From positions 1-44,809 of the forward strand of contig CBFGTS010000023.1 of NCBI GenBank assembly GCA_965652295.1: 44,809 bases of DNA, read 5' to 3'. Positions 37,707-44,809 of this stretch are shown one piece after another. Each line of letters opens with the position of its first letter. Positions within the stretch are counted from its first letter, which is position 1. The notes under the pieces were generated by a model. It worked only from the letters and a program-made list of their open reading frames with translations. It was not told the origin of the DNA and made no database searches. The stretch comes from an uncultured Haloferula sp. Its GTDB lineage: Bacteria; Verrucomicrobiota; Verrucomicrobiia; Verrucomicrobiales; Akkermansiaceae. Both the position numbers and the translations under genes were made by a program.

Positions 37707-39293
37707 GTGCTACCGAAGGAATACGAGACGGAGAAGGGGACGGTTCTGGTGCGGAACCCGCGGGTGGATGACATTCCGGCGATGATCGCGCTGCACCGTC
37801 GCTGCTTCCCGCACATGGTGGTGGCGGACGGAGCGTGGGAGGAAAACGAGCTGCGTTCGCATCTCAACGTTTTCGAGGACGGCCAGTTGGTCGCGGTGAT
37901 CGACGGGAGAATCGTGGGCGTGGCCTCATCGCTGATCGTTTCGATGGGTCGCAACCCGCTTCGCAAGCACACCTACTACGGCATCACCGACGACGGATAT
38001 TTTTACAATCATGACCCGCAGGGCGACACGCTCTATGGGGCTGAAGTGTATGTGGACCCGCAGGTTCAGGGGCGCGGGATCGGGAAGGTGCTCTACGAGG
38101 AGCGGCGGGAGCTGTGCCGGCGGCTGAACCTGCGCCGGATTCTGGCGGGCGGGCGGCTGTCGAACTACGTGGACCACGCCGAGCGGCTGACGCCGGAGGA
38201 GTACGTGTGGCAGGTGCAGGATGGGAAGATCCAGGACCCGGTGCTGGGTTTCCAGATCTCCCAGGGTTTCGCGGTGCGCGGGGTGATGCCGAACTACATC
38301 CGCGATCCGAGGTCGAAGGACTACGCGAGCCTGATCGAGTGGATCAATCCGGACTACCAGGCGAAAGACGGCGAGGATGGAGCGAAGGTCCGGGTGGCGT
38401 GTGTGCAGTATTCGATGCGCAAGGTGGACGGCTTCGAAGACTTCGCCAACCAGGTCCGCTATTTCGTGGAAACGGCGGGCGAGGACTATGGCGCGGAGTT
38501 CGTGGTGTTCCCGGAGTTCCTGACGGTGCAGCTGCTCAGCGGACTCAAACCGATGGGTTCGCGCGAAGGGATCCGCAAACTGGCGGAATTCACCTCCGAG
38601 TTCGTCGAGCTGATGGGCACCTTGGCGCGCGAGCAGGGACTGTATTTGATCGCGGGCTCGCATCCGGTCGAGCAGCCGGACGGGCGTCTGGAAAACACGG
38701 CGATGATCTTCAAGCCGGACGGAACCTACATTTGCCAGCCGAAGCTCCATATCACGCCGAGCGAGAAGACTTGGTGGGGAATTTCGGGAGGCGATTCGTT
38801 GGTCGTCGTGCAGACTCCGAAAGCGCGGGTGGGGGTGCTGATCTGCTACGACGTCGAGTTTCCCGAAGCCGCGCGCTACCTCGCCGACCGGGGTATCGAG
38901 ATCCTCTTCGTGCCCTACTGCACGGACAACCGGCAGGGCTACCTGCGGGTGACGACTTGTGCGGCGGCGCGAGCGATCGAGAATCAGATCTACGTGGTCA
39001 CCGCCGGAGTGGTCGGAAATCTGCCGGACGTGCCGGCGATGGACATTCACTACGGACGGGCGGCGGTTTTCACGCCGAGTGATTTCGAATTCGCGCGTGA
39101 CGGCATCCAGAGCCAGGCGGATGCGAATGTGGAGACGATGCTGGTGACCGACCTCGACATTTCCGACCTGTACCGTTCCCGGCAGAGCGGCGCGGTGACG
39201 CCGGTGAGCGACCGGCGGCGGGACTTGTTCGAGTTCCACAACAAGCTTTCGAACGAAAAAATCGAAGGTGGGGTGGAGGAAGGCTCCCTTTGA
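37707..39293 (+). CDS. GNAT acetyltransferase / carbon-nitrogen hydrolase fusion
   Basis: VYVDPQVQGRGIGKVLY (GNAT motif A); nitrilase triad FPEF, KLHIT, ICYDVEFPE. GTG start inferred. Confidence 0.9.
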   Translation: MLPKEYETEKGTVLVRNPRVDDIPAMIALHRRCFPHMVVADGAWEENELRSHLNVFEDGQLVAVIDGRIVGVASSLIVSMGRNPLRKHTYYGITDDGYFYNHDPQGDTLYGAEVYVDPQVQGRGIGKVLYEERRELCRRLNLRRILAGGRLSNYVDHAERLTPEEYVWQVQDGKIQDPVLGFQISQGFAVRGVMPNYIRDPRSKDYASLIEWINPDYQAKDGEDGAKVRVACVQYSMRKVDGFEDFANQVRYFVETAGEDYGAEFVVFPEFLTVQLLSGLKPMGSREGIRKLAEFTSEFVELMGTLAREQGLYLIAGSHPVEQPDGRLENTAMIFKPDGTYICQPKLHITPSEKTWWGISGGDSLVVVQTPKARVGVLICYDVEFPEAARYLADRGIEILFVPYCTDNRQGYLRVTTCAAARAIENQIYVVTAGVVGNLPDVPAMDIHYGRAAVFTPSDFEFARDGIQSQADANVETMLVTDLDISDLYRSRQSGAVTPVSDRRRDLFEFHNKLSNEKIEGGVEEGSL

Positions 39294-39410
39294 GGGCGCG
39301 GCGGACGAGGTGAGCTTGCCTTACGTGATCCCGTGGGAAATTCGTAATATTTGGAATTTGCGATCCCCAAGGCCGATTGGTAATACACACAGCCAAACCA
39401 AAAGCCGTCC

Positions 39411-39611
39411 ATGACCTCCGCTGCCCAAATCAACGATTGCCGCACTGCTTACGCCGCCGCTCAAGGCGCGGCGCTTCGCGGCGGTGCTGTCGTCACCCGC
39501 CCGGCTTCGGCGGAAGTGGAGGCCAAGCTGAGCAAGCTACTTTTGGTGACGACCGGCATGTTCGCCGCCGCGGTGACTTCGGTGGTCGCTGTCGGCATCT
39601 GGCTTTTTTGA
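39411..39611 (+). CDS. Small protein (66 aa) with C-terminal TM helix
   Basis: Own AT-rich upstream region (TTGCGA-N17-TAATAC at 39358-39386), host-like codons, downstream hairpin. Confidence 0.6.
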   Translation: MTSAAQINDCRTAYAAAQGAALRGGAVVTRPASAEVEAKLSKLLLVTTGMFAAAVTSVVAVGIWLF

Positions 39612-39654
39612 AATTTCCTTTCGGTTCGCTCCGCTGGTCTTCCGGCCAAACTGC

Positions 39655-39688
39655 AACGGCACCTCGCGCGAGGTGCCGTTTTGGTTTT
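39655..39688. terminator. Terminator-like hairpin between convergent genes
   Basis: Perfect 26-bp palindrome AACGGCACCTCGCGCGAGGTGCCGTT (39655-39680) followed by TTGGTTTT. Confidence 0.75.
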
Positions 39689-39714
39689 CCAGATGGCGCG
39701 CGGCGGCTGTCGCC

Positions 39715-41028
39715 TTACTTGTCGACGAGGGCGAACTTGAGTTCGGCCTCGGAAGCGACCTCGCCATTGACCAGGCAGCGGCAGCGGGTGGAGCCGATGG
39801 AGCCGCGGATTTTCACGACTTCCGACTCGATGTAGAGGGTGTCGCCGGGGAGGACGGGGCGGCGCCATTTGACGCTGTCGGCGCTCATGAAGTAGCCGAT
39901 TTTGCCGGCGTTTTCCGGTTTGCGGAGCATCAGCACGCTGGAAACCTGCGCCATGGCTTCGAGTTGGAGCACCCCGGGCATGATCGGGTGACCGGGGAAG
40001 TGGCCGGGGAAGAACGGCTCGTTCATGGTCACGTTCTTGATGCCGACGCATTTGGTGTCGCCTTCGAAATCGACGATCCGGTCGACCAGCAGGAAGGGGT
40101 AGCGGTGCGGCAGGATCTTGAGGATGTCGTGGATGTCGAGGACGGCCTCGCCGGAAGGAATGGCGAAGGGTGCGGCGAGCGACCGCATGCGGCTGTATTC
40201 GCGCTTGAGCGTGGAGGCGAGCTTGGTGTTCGGACCGTGGCCGGGCTTGACGCAGATGACGTGGCCTAGGATGCGTTTGCCGGAGAGCATCAGGTCGCCG
40301 ATGACGTCCAGCGCCTTGTGGCGGGCGAACTCGTTGTGAAAACGGACCGCCTCCTTGCTCATGACCTGATCGCCGCGGACGACGACGGCGTTTTCCAGCG
40401 AGCCGCCTTTGATGAGGCCTTTGTCGAGCAGTGGCTTGACGTCCTCGTAGTATACGAAGGTGCGAGCGGGAGCGATTTCCTTCTCGTAGATCTCCGGGGT
40501 GACCTCGGTGGAGAAATACTGGGTGAAGCGGCCCTCGGGGCCGACGTTGGTGACGGAAACGCGGAAGGTCTTGGAGGGAACGACGCTGAGGAGGGAGCCG
40601 TCGCCGGTTTCAAGGTGGATCGGCTCGCGGATTTCCCAGGTTTTCCGCGGAGCGTTCTGGGCGACGATGCCCGCTTTCTTGATGAGTTCGACGAAGGGGG
40701 CGGCGGAGCCGTCGCCGATGGGCGGCTCGTTGGCGTCCATCTCGATGATGGCGTTGTCGACCCCCATGCCGCAAAGGGCGGAAAGGACATGTTCGACGGT
40801 GTGGACCTTCACCGAGCCCTCGGCGAGGGTGGTGGCGCGCTCGACGGTTTGGACCTTGTCTACATCGGCATCGATGAACGGCTGGTCGGGGATGTCTGTG
40901 CGGCGGAACTTGAAGCCGTGGTTTTCCGGAGCGGGCGTGATGGTGAGCGTGACCTTGGAACCGGTGTGCAAGGAGGTGCCTTCAAGGGTGGCAGCTGCGG
41001 CCAGGGTGTGTTGCGCGTCGGCGGGCAT
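39715..41028 (-). CDS. lpxC-fabZ: Bifunctional LpxC/FabZ
   Basis: [34 protein letters not shown] (LpxC); [34 protein letters not shown] (FabZ). Confidence 0.95.
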   Translation of the reverse strand: MPADAQHTLAAAATLEGTSLHTGSKVTLTITPAPENHGFKFRRTDIPDQPFIDADVDKVQTVERATTLAEGSVKVHTVEHVLSALCGMGVDNAIIEMDANEPPIGDGSAAPFVELIKKAGIVAQNAPRKTWEIREPIHLETGDGSLLSVVPSKTFRVSVTNVGPEGRFTQYFSTEVTPEIYEKEIAPARTFVYYEDVKPLLDKGLIKGGSLENAVVVRGDQVMSKEAVRFHNEFARHKALDVIGDLMLSGKRILGHVICVKPGHGPNTKLASTLKREYSRMRSLAAPFAIPSGEAVLDIHDILKILPHRYPFLLVDRIVDFEGDTKCVGIKNVTMNEPFFPGHFPGHPIMPGVLQLEAMAQVSSVLMLRKPENAGKIGYFMSADSVKWRRPVLPGDTLYIESEVVKIRGSIGSTRCRCLVNGEVASEAELKFALVDK

Positions 41029-41135
41029 GACGCGGAAGTAGCCAGTAGCGCGGAGGAAGTAGCAAGGGCAAAGGCGCGCCTGACGAGGGTGGATTTCCCT
41101 CGCAACCGGCTGCCTGCTACCTGCTACTTGTCCGG

Positions 41136-41903
41136 GTGAGGGCGGTCTGTGATTTCGAGGTGATCGATGAATCGGAGGATTGGATCGTGGTCGGGAAGCC
41201 GGCGCCACTGGTGGTTCATCCGGCGAATGGAAAAATCGAGCCGACCTTGCTTGGTGGGCTGGAGCAGTTGCTGGCGGCGGAACTGGCGGGCGGCGGGCGG
41301 TTGTCGATCCTGACCCGGCTCGACCGGGAAACGAGCGGCATCGTGCTGGTGGCGAAGAGTCCAGGGGCCGCGAAGGAGCTGGGCGATCAGCTGGCGGGGC
41401 GGACGGCTCACAAGGTTTACGAGGCGATCATTCATGGCTGGCCGGAATGGGAGGAGCGGGTGGTGGATGAGCCGATCCTGCGTGCCGGGGAGGTCGGGAA
41501 GTCGGAGATTTGGCTCCGCCAAAGGGTGCACCCTGCGGGCAAGGAATCCTGCACGCGGTTCCGGGTGATCGGGCGTTTCCAACGGGGCGGGGCGTCGTTT
41601 TCGAGGCTGGAGTGTTTTCCGGTGACGGGCCGGACGCATCAGATCCGGGTACATCTGGAGCACGCCGGGCATCCGATCGTGGGCGATAAGATCTACGGCG
41701 CGGACGGTGCCACTTACCTGGCCCAGATGGAGGACGGGCTCACGCCGGAGATGAGGGAGCGGTTGATGCTGCCGCGGCATGCCTTGCATGCGCGGGAGTT
41801 GGAGGTCGGGTGGAGGGGGGCGAGAGTCCGTTGGACGTGCCCCCTGCCGCCAGATTTGGCTCGGTTTTCCGAAGTTCCCGGCCTAGCTGAGGGGCATGGC
41901 TGA
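41136..41903 (+). CDS. RluA-family pseudouridine synthase
   Basis: KPAPLVVHP, RLDRETSG, TGRTHQIRVHL...PIVGDKIY, LHA. Confidence 0.93.
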   Translation: MRAVCDFEVIDESEDWIVVGKPAPLVVHPANGKIEPTLLGGLEQLLAAELAGGGRLSILTRLDRETSGIVLVAKSPGAAKELGDQLAGRTAHKVYEAIIHGWPEWEERVVDEPILRAGEVGKSEIWLRQRVHPAGKESCTRFRVIGRFQRGGASFSRLECFPVTGRTHQIRVHLEHAGHPIVGDKIYGADGATYLAQMEDGLTPEMRERLMLPRHALHARELEVGWRGARVRWTCPLPPDLARFSEVPGLAEGHG

Positions 41904-42651
41904 GCTGCGTGAGATATGCGACTTTCTCGACCTTGAGCTGAAGATCCGGGAGACACCGGATTACCCCGGGGCGGTCAATGGTCTGCAACTGGAGAACAGC
42001 GGCGGGGTCCGCAAGGTGGCGGTGGCCGTCGATGCCTCCCTGCCGGTGGTTCTCAAGGCGGTGGAGGCTGGGGCGGATCTGTTGGTCGTCCACCACGGAA
42101 TGTTTTGGCAAGGCGCTCAGCCGATCGTCGGCGGGCAGTGGAGGAAGTTGAAGGCGGCGATCGAAGGCGGACTGGCCGTGTATTCCGCCCACCTCCCGCT
42201 GGATGTGCATCCGCAGTGGGGGAACAACGCACTTCTCGCGGCCGCGATTGGTTTCCAACCGGACGACACCTTTCTCGAATGGAAGGGGCTGGCCGTGGGC
42301 TTGAAGGGGGGCATGCGGATCAGTCGCGACGAGCTCCGCGATCGCCTCGAGCGGGCGGTGGGAGGACCGGTGCACGTCTGCCCGGGTGGCCCCGCGGAGA
42401 TGGAAACGGTGGGCCTGTGCACCGGCGGTGCCGGCTCCCAAGTGGCGGAAGCCGCGGCAGCGGGCGTGCAAGCCTTCATCACCGGGGAAGGCCCCCACTG
42501 GAGTTACCCGCTTGCGGAGGAACTCGGAATCAATCTGTTTTTCGCCGGGCACTACGCCACCGAAACCTTCGGGGTGAGGAAGCTGGCCGGCGTGTTGGCG
42601 GAGCGGTTCGGAGTGGAACCGCTGTTTCTGGATCATCCGACGGGGCTGTGA
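41896..42651 (+). CDS. Nif3-like dinuclear metal centre hexameric protein
   Basis: NGLQ, LVVHHG, YSAHLPLDVHP..GNN, ITGE, AGHYATE. Confidence 0.93.
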   Translation: MAELREICDFLDLELKIRETPDYPGAVNGLQLENSGGVRKVAVAVDASLPVVLKAVEAGADLLVVHHGMFWQGAQPIVGGQWRKLKAAIEGGLAVYSAHLPLDVHPQWGNNALLAAAIGFQPDDTFLEWKGLAVGLKGGMRISRDELRDRLERAVGGPVHVCPGGPAEMETVGLCTGGAGSQVAEAAAAGVQAFITGEGPHWSYPLAEELGINLFFAGHYATETFGVRKLAGVLAERFGVEPLFLDHPTGL

Positions 42652-42652
42652 C

Positions 42653-43225
42653 GTGGAGGAGTTCCTGACGGCATCCTTTTTCGAGCGCCCGGCGGTCGAA
42701 TGCGCCCGGAGCCTGATCGGTGCCGAGTTCTTCTGGCACGGCTGCAGCGGGCGCATCGTGGAGGTGGAGGCTTATCTGGAGCACGGCGACCCGGCCTGCC
42801 ACACCTTCAGCCGGCCCAGCGCCCGTGCGTTCGTGGCCGCCCACGCGCCAGGAACCGCCTACGTGTACCTGAACTACGGCGTGCATTGGTTGTTCAACGT
42901 CCTGACCAAGGGGCCTGAGGGAGCGGGTTTCGTGCTGTTCCGCGCGCTCCAGCCTTTGTCCGGCTTGGCGAGAATGAAGGAACGTCGGGGCTCAAGCAAA
43001 GACCGGGATCTGTGCTCGGGCCCGGGAAAGCTCACCCAGGCGCTGGGCATCCAGGGACGCACCCACGGAAAATTTTTTCTCGGGTGCGGATTGACAGGAA
43101 TCCGCCCCGCGACCGGACCCACCGCGGTGGTTACGGGTCCCCGGATCGGCATCTCCCAAGCCCGGGAAAACCTTTGGCGATTCGCCGAAGCCGGCTCGCC
43201 CTTCATGAGCAAACCCTTGATTTGA
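42653..43225 (+). CDS. DNA-3-methyladenine glycosylase (MPG/AAG family)
   Basis: IVEVEAY, PGTAYVYLNYGVH, VLFRAL, CSGPGKL, GPRIGIS...WRF. Confidence 0.92.
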   Translation: MEEFLTASFFERPAVECARSLIGAEFFWHGCSGRIVEVEAYLEHGDPACHTFSRPSARAFVAAHAPGTAYVYLNYGVHWLFNVLTKGPEGAGFVLFRALQPLSGLARMKERRGSSKDRDLCSGPGKLTQALGIQGRTHGKFFLGCGLTGIRPATGPTAVVTGPRIGISQARENLWRFAEAGSPFMSKPLI

Positions 43226-43229
43226 AGGG

Positions 43230-43303
43230 TGGTACGGGTGATGGGAATCGAACCCACGCCTCAAGCTTGGGAAGCTCGCGTTCTACCATTGAACTACACC
43301 CGC
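43230..43303 (-). tRNA. tRNA-Gly(CCC)
   Basis: GCGGGTG acceptor stem, anticodon arm CGAGC-TTCCCAA-GCTTG, GGTTCGATTC T-loop, encoded CCA. Confidence 0.96.
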
Positions 43304-43403
43304 GTCGGTGCCGGCAGCCGGTTACCGCCCGGCGAGGAGGAAAGCAACTGGATTCTGCCGACGGCGGGTCTCGGGAAATCCCGCAAGCATTTTGAAAAAA
43401 GCC

Positions 43404-43432
43404 TTGCCGTCCCAAAGGTCGGATGGTTAGTA
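43404..43432 (+). promoter_or_regulatory. Putative promoter of tRNA-Gly(TCC)
   Basis: A/T tract, then TTGCCG-N17-TTAGTA, 15 nt before the tRNA. Confidence 0.5.
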
Positions 43433-43447
43433 ACGGGTCATCCGTGC

Positions 43448-43521
43448 GCGGGTATAGCTTAGTGGTAAAGCTCTAGCCTTCCAAGCTAGCTATGCGGGTT
43501 CGATTCCCGCTACCCGCTCCA
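43448..43521 (+). tRNA. tRNA-Gly(TCC)
   Basis: GCGGGTA/TACCCGC acceptor stem, CTAGC-CTTCCAA-GCTAG, GGTTCGATTC, encoded CCA. Confidence 0.96.
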
Positions 43522-43548
43522 AACCAAGATCACTCCATAATCAGCGTC

Positions 43549-44133
43549 ATGAAATCAACGTCTCGCTTCCTCGTCCTTGCTGCTGCCGCCTTCGGTGCGC
43601 ACGTGGCTTCCGCGGCGGATTGCCTTGAGCTTTCCGTCACCGTCAAGCACGCCGTCACAGCCGATGCCTCCAAGGTTCTTGAGGTGGTGGAAAAACAAGT
43701 TGCCGCCAATCCGAATTGCGCTTGTGAAGTCGTCAAGGCCGCCATCACCTCTTCCGAGGCCGACGCCAAGACCGTGGCTTCGATCGTCGAAGTCGCTGGC
43801 TCCGTCGCTCCCGACCAGCTTCGCCTCGTCGCCCAGTGCGCGGTTGCCGTGGCACCGGATGCACTGAACGAGGTGCAAATGGTTGTCGCCCGCATCGAGC
43901 CCAGCAGCGGCGAGCCCGTCATGGCCGACGCCAAGAGCCCGAAGGCTCCGATCGAGGTCAAGCCGGCTTGGAATCCTCTCGACTTCCCCGGTCAGGGCAT
44001 TGGCCCGAATCCGGGTGGCCCGGGTGGCAATCCGCTCATTCCCGTGGGTCCTCCGCTGACCACGCCGCCGCAAGTCGTTCCTCCTGTGATCGAGCCGCCG
44101 GTTGGGACTCTTACCAATCCTCCGCTTTCCTGA
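43549..44133 (+). CDS. Secreted Ala-rich helical protein with Pro/Gly-rich tail
   Basis: Signal MKSTSRFLVLAAAAFGAHVASA; four Cys; helical repeats; WNPLDFPG followed by a Pro-rich tail. Confidence 0.8.
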   Translation: MKSTSRFLVLAAAAFGAHVASAADCLELSVTVKHAVTADASKVLEVVEKQVAANPNCACEVVKAAITSSEADAKTVASIVEVAGSVAPDQLRLVAQCAVAVAPDALNEVQMVVARIEPSSGEPVMADAKSPKAPIEVKPAWNPLDFPGQGIGPNPGGPGGNPLIPVGPPLTTPPQVVPPVIEPPVGTLTNPPLS

Positions 44134-44213
44134 GTTCTTGTAGGACCGCCGTCGGCTCTGCTGAATCCTGAGTCGCCGGTACCCCTCTCCTTGCAATCGA
44201 TCCTATTTTTGCC

Positions 44214-44809
44214 ATGAAATCAAAATTCTCCGCCCTCCTTGCCGCTGTGGCCGCCGTTGGTTCGGCATCCGCCGCCGAAGGTCTCTACTACATCGGCTCC
44301 GAAGCTCAGGAAAGCCTCCCGCTGAAGTGGGTCGTCGGCCTGAATGCGATTTGGGATGACAACGTCACCCCGACCGTTCCTGTCGGTGCCGTTGGTCACG
44401 ACGATGAGGCGTTCAGTCTCAATCCCTATGTTGGCGTGTCGTTCGTCAACATCACGCCTCAGTCCACTCTCGACGTCTATGCCCGCCTGGGTCTGCTCTA
44501 TTACATCGACGAGCCCGCCGCCCGCGGTGCTGACGATGTGTATCCTCAGGCTCGCGTGGGAGTGAACTGGACCCACCGCTTCACGGAGCGTCTCCGCTTC
44601 AGCAGCCGCAACTTCGTGGCTTACGAGCTTGAGCCGGACTACGCTTACGGCTTCGCCACTTCCCGTCAGCTCGATGCCTACCTCTACTGGCAGACCGACA
44701 ACTCGATTGGCTTCCGCTGGACGGAGCGCCTCGCGACCTACACCGGGTTCAACATCACGGGTCTCGACTACGACGACGCGGTCGCTCACTCCGATCGGAC
44801 GATCTTTGG
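44214..44809 (+). CDS. Outer-membrane beta-barrel protein, 3' end off window
   Basis: Hand-translated MKSKFSALLAAVAAVGSASAAEGLYYIG...WDDNV...NWTHRFTERLRF; alternating aromatic beta-strands; open to the edge and absent from the ORF track. Confidence 0.82.
   Translation, partial: MKSKFSALLAAVAAVGSASAAEGLYYIGSEAQESLPLKWVVGLNAIWDDNVTPTVPVGAVGHDDEAFSLNPYVGVSFVNITPQSTLDVYARLGLLYYIDEPAARGADDVYPQARVGVNWTHRFTERLRFSSRNFVAYELEPDYAYGFATSRQLDAYLYWQTDNSIGFRWTERLATYTGFNITGLDYDDAVAHSDRTIF

Noticed and set aside
37707..41028. GNAT-nitrilase and LpxC-FabZ fusions as novelties
   Set aside because: Both are established fusion families.
43229..43521. ORFs over the tRNAs, and tRNA-Gly as an island attachment site
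   Set aside because: The ORFs are tRNA shadows; no integrase or duplicated tRNA 3' end is seen in the window.

Overview
High-GC bacterial chromosomal window. Gene content and intergenic motifs point to Verrucomicrobiota, Haloferula/Luteolibacter-like (inference). The backbone is housekeeping: thrB, thrC, purEK, trpB, an lpxC-fabZ fusion, RluA, Nif3, MPG and two divergent tRNA-Gly genes. Accessory features: (1) a >1055-aa minus-strand NLR-like gene that the ORF track missed because it runs off the left edge (putative winged helix, TIR, NACHT, pentapeptide repeats, near-identical 126-bp WD40 repeats); (2) a thrB-thrC interval built from interleaved direct repeats (thrC-5' fused to thrB-3') that bracket two different surface-protein cassettes, a lipoprotein and a 1968-aa metalloprotease/beta-helix protein; (3) a regulator-less czcCBA/CDF-type metal-efflux cluster headed by a His/Cys-rich leader ORF ending in DAPPLI, whose adaptor gene has a REP-doublet palindrome inside its signal-peptide coding region and a C-terminal membrane anchor; (4) at least three families of REP-like doublets; (5) two unrelated secreted proteins sharing a C-terminal putative sorting domain. 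All calls come from manual reading and motif recognition. No database searches were run.
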